A stretch of DNA of 64,000 nt from Pedobacter sp. Lineage in GTDB: Bacteria; Desulfobacterota; Desulfuromonadia; Desulfuromonadales; Syntrophotaleaceae. Shown here piece after piece: positions 11,806-21,162 of the stretch. The stretch spans positions 256,001 to 320,000 of the forward strand of contig JBFWJC010000003.1 in the NCBI GenBank assembly GCA_050253415.1, written 5' to 3'. The position numbers and the translations under genes are program-made. Below the pieces are notes generated by a model that searched no databases, was not told the origin of the DNA, and was given only the letters and a program-made list of their open reading frames with translations. Position 1 is the stretch's first letter. Each line of letters opens with the position of its first letter.

Positions 11806-12501
11806 ATGCCTGGTTATCCCTACTTGATGGCGTTTGTCGCCTCGTTAATAGCTGGCTTGGATCGGACGGCGATATTTCAGCTAATGATTTCGCGTCCGAT
11901 TGTGGCAGCTCCAATGACTGGATGGTTGTTGGGTGATGCCGCAACGGGATTGCAAATCGGTGCATTGCTCGAACTGCTGTGGTTGGGACGCATACCTGTA
12001 GGTGCATCGATACCGCCTGACGATACTCAGGTTGCTGTTGGCAGCACCTGTCTTGCCATCACGCAATATCTTGGTGCGCCTATACCTCTCGCAGCATTTT
12101 CCATTCTTTGCCTGCTTGTTGCCTTGCCCTTTGGAAAAGTTGGAGAATTTTTCGACCGTGTTGCCAGGCGTCTGAATAGCAGGCTTTGGGTACGCGCGGA
12201 ACAGGCTGTTGAACGGGGGCAATACAGCCTTTTGACCTGGTTGCATTTACAGGGAGCATGTCATTTCGGTCTTGCATCGATTGCGACTTTCAGTGTGATT
12301 CTGCTTGGTGGATTGTTAAGCTTACACCTGCTTGTCCCTCTGCTTTCCACCGATCTTACCGTTATGTTGCCATGGTTAAGGTTGGCGATACCCCTGGTTG
12401 GAGTGTCTGCATGTCTTTGCACTGTCAATTTCCGCCCCTCCATTTGGGTTTATAGCAGTTCTTTTATAGTTGTATATGGCCTGCTTCAGGTTTTTGGATA
12501 A
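11806..12501 (+). CDS. PTS mannose-family EIIC
   Basis: SRPIV...GWLLGD...GALLELLWLG...VGASIPPD; multiple TM segments; start codon uncertain. Confidence 0.85.
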   Translation: MPGYPYLMAFVASLIAGLDRTAIFQLMISRPIVAAPMTGWLLGDAATGLQIGALLELLWLGRIPVGASIPPDDTQVAVGSTCLAITQYLGAPIPLAAFSILCLLVALPFGKVGEFFDRVARRLNSRLWVRAEQAVERGQYSLLTWLHLQGACHFGLASIATFSVILLGGLLSLHLLVPLLSTDLTVMLPWLRLAIPLVGVSACLCTVNFRPSIWVYSSSFIVVYGLLQVFG

Positions 12502-12504
12502 GTT

Positions 12505-13275
12505 ATGAATGAACAGCAAAAACTGTCTAATAGAACCCTGTGGGTAGTAGCGCTACGTGCTTTAGTGTTGCAGGCTAGCTGGAGTTTCGGGCGCATGCAA
12601 AACCTAGGTTTTCTATTTGCCGTGTTGCCAGCTTTACGACGAATCTATCAAGGCCATGAATTGCAAAGTGTTTGTAAGCGAAATCTGGCATATTTTAATT
12701 CCAACCCCGTTCTGGCTTTTCCCATTATTGGCGCAAGTCTCCGCTTGGAAGCAAAAAAAAGTTGTGGGGCGGAACTGGTTATGGAGGTCGAGGAGTTCAA
12801 GTCGGCTCTTGCCGGGCCATGTGCTGCTATGGGGGATAGCTTTTTTTGGGCTACTTTACGTCCCCTTGCTGCGATTACCGCGGTATGGCTGGCTTTTGCC
12901 GGGTATTGGTGGGCTGTACCAGTGTTTCTCGTACTATACAATGTACCAGCTATCGGTTTGCGTTTTTATGGGTTTATGCAGGGGTATCAAAGGGATTACA
13001 AAATTGTCGATAATCTGCAACGTTGGCGTTTGTCGGATTTGGCATATCGTTTGCGCTCCCTTCTGGTAGTGGTCTTGGGAGGGTTTTCAGCCTGGGTTGC
13101 TTTTTCCGGTATCCAAAATCTGCATCAGCCAACCGTGTGGGGCTGGCTTGCAGTGCCAGGTGTGTTGATTGCCGGGAGTTTTGTACGCAGAGGCTTGTCG
13201 TCTTTTGTAATGTTAATTGGTTTGGTTCTTTTGTTATGGATCGGATTGCTCTTATGTTCCAGTCTGAGATTTTGA
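12505..13275 (+). CDS. PTS mannose-family EIID
   Basis: QASWSFGRMQNLGF, YFNSNP and GPCAAMGDSFFWATLRP are recognisable ManZ-type motifs. Confidence 0.88.
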   Translation: MNEQQKLSNRTLWVVALRALVLQASWSFGRMQNLGFLFAVLPALRRIYQGHELQSVCKRNLAYFNSNPVLAFPIIGASLRLEAKKSCGAELVMEVEEFKSALAGPCAAMGDSFFWATLRPLAAITAVWLAFAGYWWAVPVFLVLYNVPAIGLRFYGFMQGYQRDYKIVDNLQRWRLSDLAYRLRSLLVVVLGGFSAWVAFSGIQNLHQPTVWGWLAVPGVLIAGSFVRRGLSSFVMLIGLVLLLWIGLLLCSSLRF

Positions 13276-13541
13276 TGGAAAAACAAAATTTTACTATCAT
13301 AAATAAACTTGGTTTACACGCCCGGGCGGCGGCACTCTTTGTGCAAACCGCTAGTAAATACGAGTCTGAAGTCGTTGTGTCAAAGGATGGTGAAGAGGTA
13401 AGTGGCAAAAGCATTATGGGGATTTTAATGCTGGCTGCGGCTCAGGGTTCCGAAATCGAAGTTACTATTTCTGGGCGGGATGCTGATGTTGCCATGGAAG
13501 CTTTGGGGCAATTGATTAAAAACGGGTTCGGAGAGCTGTAG
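13275..13541 (+). CDS. ptsH: Phosphocarrier protein HPr
   Basis: NKLGLHARAAA (His15) and GKSIMG (Ser46); ATG overlaps the EIID stop. Confidence 0.95.
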   Translation: MEKQNFTIINKLGLHARAAALFVQTASKYESEVVVSKDGEEVSGKSIMGILMLAAAQGSEIEVTISGRDADVAMEALGQLIKNGFGEL

Positions 13542-13542
13542 G

Positions 13543-15318
13543 ATGATTCAGGACGTTTTTCTTGTAGGCATAGGCGCATCGCCTGGTATTGCGATCGGGG
13601 CAGCATATGTTGTTGACCGAAGGCGTATGTCTGCCGTTGAACGGACGCTTGAACCCCATGAGATGGAAGATGAAGTTCGTCTGTTTCAGGATGCTTTGCG
13701 CCGCTCCAAGGAACAGTTGGAAGATGTAAAAAAGCGCGTTGCCGACCCCAGCATTGTAGATCATCTGCACATCATCGATACCCACCTTCTGATATTGCAA
13801 GATCCTATGTTGGTGGAAGAAACCGTCGCCACCATCCGGCGTGAAAAAATCAATGCCGAGGGGGCCCTCAAGCGGACCCTTACGCGGTTCCGCGCTGTTT
13901 TTGACACTATTGACGATGAATACCTGAGGGAACGCCGCTCCGATGTCGATTCGGTTGGTGACCGCATCCTGCGTAACCTGGTCGGAGTTACTCAGCAGTC
14001 GTTGGCCGATATCGAGCGCAAGTCCGTTGTCGTGGCGCATGATCTGTCGCCGGCGGATGCCATGCAGATCGACAAATCGCGTATTATCGGTTTTATCACC
14101 GACCTGGGCGGGCGCACATCTCATACCACGATTCTGGCACGTTCTCTCGGAATCCCTGCCGTGGTGGGCCTCGAGTCCGTTACTTCTCGGGTGCGCGAAG
14201 GAATGCCTGTCATCATCGACGGCAATACCGGTACCGTCATCCTGAATCCTTCCTTGGATACTTTCAGGGAATATCTGGAAAAAAAGCAGTTTTACGAATA
14301 TCAGGCCGAGGAGCTGACATCTTTCCGGGGGCTCGAAGCTGTTACCCTGGATGGACACCATATTATCCTTCGCAGCAATATCGAAATAGCTGAAGAAGTG
14401 CCCATAGCCTTGCGTGAAGGTGCTCAGGGCGTTGGGCTGTTTCGCACCGAATTCCTCTATATGCAGGGCAAAAACGTTCCTTCCGAAGAAGAACAGGTTG
14501 CTGCTTACCGTGAAATTATTGAGAGGATGGCTCCCCACCCGGTGACCATCCGTACCCTCGACGTCGGGGGTGATAAACTGGTGTCGGGCATCGATCTCTC
14601 CGATGAGGCGAATCCGGCCATGGGGCTGCGCGCCATACGTTTTTCGCTGAAGGAAATAAACCTGTTTAAAGTTCAGCTGCGTGCGGTTCTCAGGGCCTCG
14701 GTGTATGGCAAAGCCCGCCTGCTTTTCCCTATGATTACCGGTGTGGCAGAAATCAAAAGCTGCAAATCGCTGCTTGACGAGGTTAAGTTGGAGTTGGCCC
14801 ATGAAGGTCATGCGTTTGATGCCGATATAGAAATCGGGATTATGATCGAAACCCCTGCGGCTGCGCTGGTTACCGAGCTTTTGGCCCAGGAGGTCGATTT
14901 TCTTTCGGTGGGCACCAACGATCTTATTCAATACTGCCTGGCTGTTGACCGGGGCAATGAACATGTTGCCTATCTTTATGAGCCTCTGCATCCGGCGGTA
15001 TTGCGGGTATTGCGTATGATTTGCCAAGCTGCCAAACAGGCCGGGGTAATGGTTGGTATCTGCGGTGAAATGGCCGCCGATCCCCTTTATACGCTTGTGT
15101 TGCTTGGGCTTGGATTTGACGAGTGGTCCATGAATGCTCCCTATATCTCTCAGGTTAAACGTATTATCAGGCAAATTTATCGGCCTGAAGCCGAACAACT
15201 TGTCAAAGAACTTTTCGATTTAGGCTCTGCACCTGAGGCGGCCAGACGTCTGGGGCAGGAAATGAATAAACGTTTTCCCTCTCTTTTTAGTCGTCCAATC
15301 AGCGGTTCAGGCGAGTAA
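13543..15318 (+). CDS. ptsI: PEP-protein phosphotransferase enzyme I (no GAF domain)
   Basis: GIGASPGIAIG, GGRTSH (phospho-His), GLFRTEF, SVGTNDLIQY and GICGEMA motifs. Confidence 0.96.
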   Translation: MIQDVFLVGIGASPGIAIGAAYVVDRRRMSAVERTLEPHEMEDEVRLFQDALRRSKEQLEDVKKRVADPSIVDHLHIIDTHLLILQDPMLVEETVATIRREKINAEGALKRTLTRFRAVFDTIDDEYLRERRSDVDSVGDRILRNLVGVTQQSLADIERKSVVVAHDLSPADAMQIDKSRIIGFITDLGGRTSHTTILARSLGIPAVVGLESVTSRVREGMPVIIDGNTGTVILNPSLDTFREYLEKKQFYEYQAEELTSFRGLEAVTLDGHHIILRSNIEIAEEVPIALREGAQGVGLFRTEFLYMQGKNVPSEEEQVAAYREIIERMAPHPVTIRTLDVGGDKLVSGIDLSDEANPAMGLRAIRFSLKEINLFKVQLRAVLRASVYGKARLLFPMITGVAEIKSCKSLLDEVKLELAHEGHAFDADIEIGIMIETPAAALVTELLAQEVDFLSVGTNDLIQYCLAVDRGNEHVAYLYEPLHPAVLRVLRMICQAAKQAGVMVGICGEMAADPLYTLVLLGLGFDEWSMNAPYISQVKRIIRQIYRPEAEQLVKELFDLGSAPEAARRLGQEMNKRFPSLFSRPISGSGE

Positions 15319-15322
15319 ATGC

Positions 15323-15351
15323 TTGACAGCGGAAACCTTGGTACTTAGAAT
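15323..15351 (+). promoter_or_regulatory. Near-consensus sigma70 promoter for metK
   Basis: TTGACA (15323-28), 17 bp, TAGAAT (15346-51). Confidence 0.75.
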
Positions 15352-15391
15352 TTAGCGTTTTGAAAATATTTTATAACAGGAGGGATTTTTC

Positions 15392-16561
15392 ATGCCCATG
15401 ACCGATTTTCTTTTTACGTCCGAATCTGTAAGCGAAGGCCATCCGGATAAGGTCGCAGACCAGGTTTCCGATGCGGTACTTGACGCTATTCTTTCTCAGG
15501 ATCCTCAGAGCCGCGTAGCATGTGAAACCATGGTGACAACCGGTATGGTTGTCATTGCTGGTGAAATTACCACCAATGCGACCATCGATTATCCTAATGT
15601 GGTTCGCGAAGCCATCAGGGATATCGGCTATAACGATTCCGCTATGGGATTCGATTGGGAAACGTGCGCAGTACTTACCTCGATTGATCGTCAATCCCCG
15701 GATATTTCGCAGGGGGTTACCGAGGGGCAGGGGCTGTTTAAGGAACAGGGCGCCGGCGACCAGGGTCTTATGTTCGGCTATGCCTGCGATGAAACATCGG
15801 TACTCATGCCGATGCCCATTACCTATGCGCACCATCTGACCCAACGCATGGCCGAAGTTCGTAAAAGCGGGCTTCTGACCTTTTTGCGGCCGGACAGCAA
15901 GTCTCAGGTTTCCGTGCAGTATATTAATGACAAGCCGGTAAGGGTGGATACGGTTGTTGTTTCTTCGCAACACTCTCCCGACGTGGCCTATGAAACTCTG
16001 CGTGAAGCCTTGCTTGAAGAGGTTATTAAAAAGGTCATTCCGGCCGATATGCTTGACGAGGAGACCAAGTTTTATGTGAACCCGACCGGTCGGTTCGTGG
16101 TCGGTGGCCCTCAGGGTGACTGTGGACTGACGGGGCGTAAGATTATTGTAGATACCTATGGCGGGCAAGGTTCCCATGGCGGTGGTGCTTTCTCCGGCAA
16201 GGATCCCTCCAAGGTCGACCGCAGTGCTTCTTATATGGCGCGTTATGTGGCAAAGAATGTGGTTGCCGCCAAACTTGCTCGCAAATGTGAAGTTCAGATT
16301 GCCTATGCGATCGGCGTGGCCGAACCGGTATCCATCATGGTAAATACTTTTGGTACCGGAGTGCTGCCTTCCAACGAAATCGCGCGCATTGTGCGCGATG
16401 AGTTCGATATGCGACCGGCTGCCATTATCCAGACTCTCGATCTGCTGCGACCCATCTACCGCAAAACAGCGGCCTATGGACACTTTGGTCGCGAACTTCC
16501 CGAGTTTACCTGGGAACGCACCGATCGTGTGGAATCGCTGCGCAGTCGTGCAGGGCTCTAA
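15392..16561 (+). CDS. metK: S-adenosylmethionine synthetase
   Basis: [19 protein letters not shown] and GGGAFSGKD motifs. Confidence 0.98.
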   Translation: MPMTDFLFTSESVSEGHPDKVADQVSDAVLDAILSQDPQSRVACETMVTTGMVVIAGEITTNATIDYPNVVREAIRDIGYNDSAMGFDWETCAVLTSIDRQSPDISQGVTEGQGLFKEQGAGDQGLMFGYACDETSVLMPMPITYAHHLTQRMAEVRKSGLLTFLRPDSKSQVSVQYINDKPVRVDTVVVSSQHSPDVAYETLREALLEEVIKKVIPADMLDEETKFYVNPTGRFVVGGPQGDCGLTGRKIIVDTYGGQGSHGGGAFSGKDPSKVDRSASYMARYVAKNVVAAKLARKCEVQIAYAIGVAEPVSIMVNTFGTGVLPSNEIARIVRDEFDMRPAAIIQTLDLLRPIYRKTAAYGHFGRELPEFTWERTDRVESLRSRAGL

Positions 16562-16573
16562 AAGGGTAACATC

Positions 16574-16602
16574 AAAGGCGAACCGAAAGGTTCGCCTTTT
16601 TT
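16574..16602 (+). terminator. Rho-independent terminator after metK
   Basis: AAAGGCGAACC-GAAA-GGTTCGCCTTT followed by a T-run. Confidence 0.85.
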
Positions 16603-16617
16603 ATATCCGGGGAAATC

Positions 16618-17700
16618 ATGTATTCCAGTGCTAAGGCATTCGTTCCTGAATTGTCGATTGTTGTCCCCATTCTTAATGAATCTTCCACTCTTCCTTCCTT
16701 GTTCTCTACCCTTAAATGCCAGCAGGGAGTTCTATTTGAGCTGATCCTTTGCGATGGTGGTTCAGACGATAGCAGTCGACAAGTATTTGAAAACTTGTTT
16801 GGCTCATTTCCCTTTGCATGCACGTTGCTGACGTCGGAGCCCGGTAGAGCCAGGCAACTCAATATCGGTGCCGCGCACAGCCGTGCCGATATGATCCTCT
16901 TTCTTCATGTAGATTCTAGCTTTGATAGTCCGCACGCCCTCGCAAAGGGGGTTGCTTCTCTGAAGTCCGCTTACCGACAGTACGGCCATCATAAGATAGC
17001 CGGGCACTTCCCTCTTCACTTTATACGACATTCCAGTAAGAGATCCTGGGTTTTTTACCACTATGCCTGGAAGACGTATATGCATCGTTCTTATTGCATT
17101 CATGGCGACCAGGGTTTTTTATTATCCAGGGAATTCTTTACCGTGGTCGGGCCGTTTGACGAATCGCTTCCGTTTCTCGAAGATATTAGGCTGGCAAAAC
17201 GAATTGCAAATTGCGGCAAGTGGGTGCTGTTGCCTGAGGTGATCGGCACATCCGCCAGGCGTTTTGAATACGAAGGCTTTTATCAGCGTCAGGTTCTGAA
17301 TGCTCTTGTGCTTGCTTGTGAGGATGCAGACTCCGGGGCCTGGCTTGACGCTCTGCCGGGCCTGTACAGACAGCAGTCTGCGTGCAATCGGCTTATTCTC
17401 GGTCCGTTTTTCAGAGAGATTGCCGGTAAGATTGCCCTTATGGAGTGGAAGGATCAGTTACGATTCTGGCGTAAGATAGGCTCTTTTGTCTGCGGAAATG
17501 CCTGGCAATTGGCTTTGATGGCAGATACCTGGCGTCATTTCCGAAATGGTGTAGTCGTCGGACAGGGTCGATTAACGTGCACGGGATGGTTCGATAGATT
17601 TGCCGCACCGATTATCCAGCGGCCATTCGGTATTTGGACTGCGGCTGTCCTTACATGGATATGGTTTCGATGGCGGATCTTTGTCAGCTGTTGGTTCTGA
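16618..17700 (+). CDS. GT2 glycosyltransferase, TIGR04283-like, with a C-terminal extension
   Basis: SIVVPILNE, CDGGSDD, GRARQLNIGA, LFLHVDS, HGDQG, LPFLED and TSARRF motifs. Confidence 0.8.
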   Translation: MYSSAKAFVPELSIVVPILNESSTLPSLFSTLKCQQGVLFELILCDGGSDDSSRQVFENLFGSFPFACTLLTSEPGRARQLNIGAAHSRADMILFLHVDSSFDSPHALAKGVASLKSAYRQYGHHKIAGHFPLHFIRHSSKRSWVFYHYAWKTYMHRSYCIHGDQGFLLSREFFTVVGPFDESLPFLEDIRLAKRIANCGKWVLLPEVIGTSARRFEYEGFYQRQVLNALVLACEDADSGAWLDALPGLYRQQSACNRLILGPFFREIAGKIALMEWKDQLRFWRKIGSFVCGNAWQLALMADTWRHFRNGVVVGQGRLTCTGWFDRFAAPIIQRPFGIWTAAVLTWIWFRWRIFVSCWF

Positions 17701-17850
17701 ATGGGGATTATTGGTTTTTCCTTTTCGTGGTTTATGAAACTAGGCCAGGACTTAACCGGGTGATGAGTGGTTTTCTTTGCCTTGTTGTGAGCTGAATGGT
17801 TTTGTATGGTAAAATATCTTCATAATCGTTATCGAGAAAGGTAGGCAACC

Positions 17851-18585
17851 ATGAAAATCGCATTGTCTGTTGTTTCATGTGGGTTATCGCTGTTACTGGT
17901 GCTGATTGGATGTACTACCTATCGCAGCCAGGAGGTGCCATTTAGGTCTCCAGCGAGTTACGGCAATATGCAACTTGTAGCCGGAGCACAGTTGGCCTCC
18001 AAGGCATATGTCGATAAAACTGAAGCATCAGAGGCTTTCGGTTTCGATATTCGCAGCGCCGGCCTATTACCAGTTCAAGTGGTTTTCGATAATCAGGGGA
18101 GCAATGCTCTGACAATTGTTCCGGAACAATCTTTTTTGATCGACACCGAAGGTAATTTATGGAACCTGCTCGACAGTAGGACTGCCTACACACGTATTGA
18201 AAAAAGCTCTGAATATGCGCGTATCGCTAAAGGTGGTGGCAAGGGGGCCATGTTGGGAGCGGCAGGCGGTGCGGTTCTGGGGGCAGCCATTGGGATTTTG
18301 AGCGGTGAAAATGTTGGTTCCGCCTTATTTAAGGGCGCCGCAGTCGGTGGTGCGGGTGGTGCGGTGGTTGGTGGTGCTCAGGGGGCCACAGATGATGATG
18401 CTGGTCGACAGATTGCCCGTGACCTGGCGAATAAATCGCTGATTAATCAAGGGATTCAACCTGGTAGTATTGCTCATGGGTTTTTGTTTTTTCCTGGCGA
18501 AGCCTCCTCCGCTGCTCAGTTGAGGTTACAGGTCCGCGAGGTTGCAACCGGACTGGTGCATACGGTAATTATGTCTCTGCAATAA
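17851..18585 (+). CDS. Lipoprotein with a glycine-zipper region, function unknown
   Basis: Lipobox LVLIG-C at residue 21; GAMLGAAGGAVLGAAIG...GAAVGGAGGAVVGG. Confidence 0.75.
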   Translation: MKIALSVVSCGLSLLLVLIGCTTYRSQEVPFRSPASYGNMQLVAGAQLASKAYVDKTEASEAFGFDIRSAGLLPVQVVFDNQGSNALTIVPEQSFLIDTEGNLWNLLDSRTAYTRIEKSSEYARIAKGGGKGAMLGAAGGAVLGAAIGILSGENVGSALFKGAAVGGAGGAVVGGAQGATDDDAGRQIARDLANKSLINQGIQPGSIAHGFLFFPGEASSAAQLRLQVREVATGLVHTVIMSLQ

Positions 18586-18605
18586 CAAAATATTCCCTGT
18601 GTGGC

Positions 18606-18641
18606 AAAAAGGCGAATCCGTAATCGGGTTCGCCTTTTTTT
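18606..18641 (+). terminator. Rho-independent terminator (bidirectional-looking)
   Basis: AAAAAGGCGAATCCG-TAAT-CGGGTTCGCCTTTTTTT. Confidence 0.85.
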
Positions 18642-18666
18642 CTTGCATTCCAATGCCAGATTCGTT

Positions 18667-18686
18667 ATATCAGGAAAACTTGATAT
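18667..18686. promoter_or_regulatory. Putative SahR operator overlapping the sahR -10 region
   Basis: 20-bp near-palindrome ATATCAGGAAAACTTGATAT (ATATCA-N8-TGATAT); -35-like TTGCAT at 18643-48. Confidence 0.75.
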
Positions 18687-18706
18687 GCTTTAGCAGGGAA
18701 ATGTGA

Positions 18707-19654
18707 TTGATGCTTTCTACCTTTAAGGCTTTGGCCGACCCGACACGCTTGCGCTTATTGGCTATTCTCGCACGGGGAGAGTTTACCGTGCAGGAACTGA
18801 CCTCCATTGTTGACATGGGGCAATCTCGGGTTTCGCGACATCTCAAAATTCTCACTGAGGCCGGCCTGTTGTCCGTGAAACGGCAGGGTACGTGGGCCTA
18901 TTACAGATTGGACGGCAGTAATCAATTTTTTGCCGACATCCGGCCGTTGGTGGAGTCGCAGCTGAATCAGGACACCTTGGCAACTTCAGATCGAGAACGT
19001 TTGCTTGCGGTTCTTGAAAACAGGCGTAGTAAAAGCCTCGACTTTTTTGACAGGCACGCCAGGCAGTGGGATAAACTTGTGCGAGACTCTTTGCCTACAG
19101 CCGCTTATCAGGAACTCTTGCTCGCATCCTTGCCCGATATGCAGATCGCTTTGGAAGTAGGGGTGGGAACCGGGAATCTTTTGGAGGGGCTGCGAAGTCG
19201 GGCCGAATTGGTGGTTGGTGTTGACCATTCTCCCGTCATGCTCGAGCAGGCTCGCCAAAGGATTATGCATTCGGGACTGAACGGTATTGAATTACGTTTA
19301 GGGGAGATGAGGCATCTACCGGTCTCGGATAATGAAGTCCAGTGGGCGGTGCTCAACATGGTTCTGCACCATGCAGCTTTGCCTCAGCAGGTGTTCTGTG
19401 AACTTGCTCGCGTATTATCTCCCGGTGGCGGGATTACACTGGCCGATTTGCATCGTCATGAACATGAATGGGTCAGAGACGTCATGGCTGATCAGTGGTT
19501 GGGGTTCGAGCGTTCCGAGGTGGAGGGCTGGTTGCTCTCGGCAGGATTCGAATTGATTTCCTTTCAGATCGTATCTGGTGCGCCCTCAGAGCATGAAGTC
19601 ATTCTTGTTTCCGCAGTCAAAAAACACGTATCTGCCCACGGGGCAAAATTTTAA
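18707..19654 (+). CDS. sahR: ArsR-HTH + SAM-binding methyltransferase-fold regulator (SahR-type)
   Basis: [13 protein letters not shown]...[22 protein letters not shown] and GVDHS motifs; directly upstream of ahcY. Confidence 0.82.
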   Translation: MMLSTFKALADPTRLRLLAILARGEFTVQELTSIVDMGQSRVSRHLKILTEAGLLSVKRQGTWAYYRLDGSNQFFADIRPLVESQLNQDTLATSDRERLLAVLENRRSKSLDFFDRHARQWDKLVRDSLPTAAYQELLLASLPDMQIALEVGVGTGNLLEGLRSRAELVVGVDHSPVMLEQARQRIMHSGLNGIELRLGEMRHLPVSDNEVQWAVLNMVLHHAALPQQVFCELARVLSPGGGITLADLHRHEHEWVRDVMADQWLGFERSEVEGWLLSAGFELISFQIVSGAPSEHEVILVSAVKKHVSAHGAKF

Positions 19655-19674
19655 ATTCAAATGGAGATAACAAC

Positions 19675-21102
19675 ATGGACAGTAAAACTATTGCTGAAGA
19701 TTATATCGTCAAAGACATTGATTTAGCTGGATGGGGTCGACGTGAAATCCGTATGGCTGAAGCCGAAATGCCAGGACTAATGGCTATCAGAGAGGAGTAT
19801 CGCGGCAAGAAACCACTTGCCGGTGCGCGTATTACAGGTTCGTTGCATATGACCATTCAGACGGCGGTTTTGATTGAAACCCTGGCAGAGTTGGGTGCTG
19901 AGTTGCGCTGGGCCAGTTGCAATATCTATTCGACGCAGGACCATGCGGCAGCGGCCATCGCCGCCGCCGGGATTCCGGTCTTTGCCTACAAAGGGGAGTC
20001 GTTGGAAGAGTACTGGGAATATACCTTCAAGGCCCTGGCCCATGCCGAAGGTCCTCAGCTGATTGTCGACGATGGGGGGGATGCAACGCTGCTGATTCAC
20101 CGCGGAGTGGCGCGGGAGCAAGAATATGCGCGTACCGGCAAAGCGCCTGAAGTTTCCAATGAAAACAAAGAACTGAGTATTGTCGATCAGTTGCTTAATA
20201 GACAATTGCTTGTCGATGGTGAATATTGGCAGCGGATGGCCGCCGGTCTGTCAGGCGTTAGTGAAGAAACCACCACGGGTGTGCACCGGCTTTACCATAT
20301 GGCTCGCAACGGGGAGTTGTTGTTTCCTGCATTTAACGTTAATGACTCTGTCACCAAGAGCAAATTCGACAATCTTTACGGATGTCGGGAGTCGTTAATC
20401 GATGGCATCAAGCGGGCTACCGATGTGATGATTGCGGGTAAAAAATGTGTGGTATTGGGCTATGGCGATGTAGGTAAAGGCTGTGCTCAGGCATTCAGAG
20501 GCATGGGCGCCACTGTATCCGTTACTGAAATCGATCCGATTTGTGCTCTGCAGGCTGCCATGGAGGGTTTTGCCGTTGTCGATATGGATGATGCCTGTCG
20601 TTGGGGGGACATCTATGTGACGACCACCGGCAACGTGGATGTCATAACCCGTGCCCATATGGATTGCATGAAAAACGAAGCCATTGTGTGCAACATCGGC
20701 CACTTTGATTCGGAAATTCAGGTTGAAGGACTTTATGAAGATCCGAGTTTGACCGTTCATGAGGTCAAGCCTCAGGTTGATCAGATCGAATGGCCGGATG
20801 GTAAGCGGATTACTGTGTTAGCCAAGGGGCGCCTGGTCAATCTCGGATGTGCCACCGGTCATCCGTCTTTTGTCATGTCCAATTCTTTTACCAATCAGGT
20901 GTTGGCGCAGATAGAATTGTGGCAAAATGCTGATCAATATGAAAACCAGGTGTATGTACTGCCAAAACAGTTGGATGAAAAGGTCGCCCGGTTGCACCTC
21001 GCCCAACTGGGGGTTAAACTCACCAGTCTTAGCGAAAAGCAGGCCGCTTATCTTGGCGTAGCTGTGGATGGTCCCTACAAGCCTGAGCACTATCGCTATT
21101 GA
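19675..21102 (+). CDS. ahcY: S-adenosylhomocysteine hydrolase
   Basis: [33 protein letters not shown] and [18 protein letters not shown] motifs. Confidence 0.98.
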   Translation: MDSKTIAEDYIVKDIDLAGWGRREIRMAEAEMPGLMAIREEYRGKKPLAGARITGSLHMTIQTAVLIETLAELGAELRWASCNIYSTQDHAAAAIAAAGIPVFAYKGESLEEYWEYTFKALAHAEGPQLIVDDGGDATLLIHRGVAREQEYARTGKAPEVSNENKELSIVDQLLNRQLLVDGEYWQRMAAGLSGVSEETTTGVHRLYHMARNGELLFPAFNVNDSVTKSKFDNLYGCRESLIDGIKRATDVMIAGKKCVVLGYGDVGKGCAQAFRGMGATVSVTEIDPICALQAAMEGFAVVDMDDACRWGDIYVTTTGNVDVITRAHMDCMKNEAIVCNIGHFDSEIQVEGLYEDPSLTVHEVKPQVDQIEWPDGKRITVLAKGRLVNLGCATGHPSFVMSNSFTNQVLAQIELWQNADQYENQVYVLPKQLDEKVARLHLAQLGVKLTSLSEKQAAYLGVAVDGPYKPEHYRY

Positions 21103-21129
21103 TGACGATTTATAAATACCAGGAAAATC

Positions 21130-21158
21130 AAAGGCGCCCGGATGGGCGCCTTTTTTTT
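21130..21158. terminator. Terminator between convergent ahcY and lptG
   Basis: AAAGGCGCCC-GGAT-GGGCGCCTTTTTTTT. Confidence 0.85.
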
Positions 21159-21162
21159 GTCG

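Noticed and set aside
13516..15198. 560-aa minus-strand ORF
   Set aside because: Antisense shadow of ptsI. The same applies to 15371-16483, opposite metK.
16603..16622. Second SahR site before the glycosyltransferase (ATATCCGGGGAAATCATGTA)
   Set aside because: Only the left half-site matches.
18707..19654. ArsR-ArsM arsenic methyltransferase fusion
   Set aside because: Only one Cys, so no ArsM or ArsR metal-binding cysteines. Adjacency to ahcY and the upstream palindrome fit SahR.
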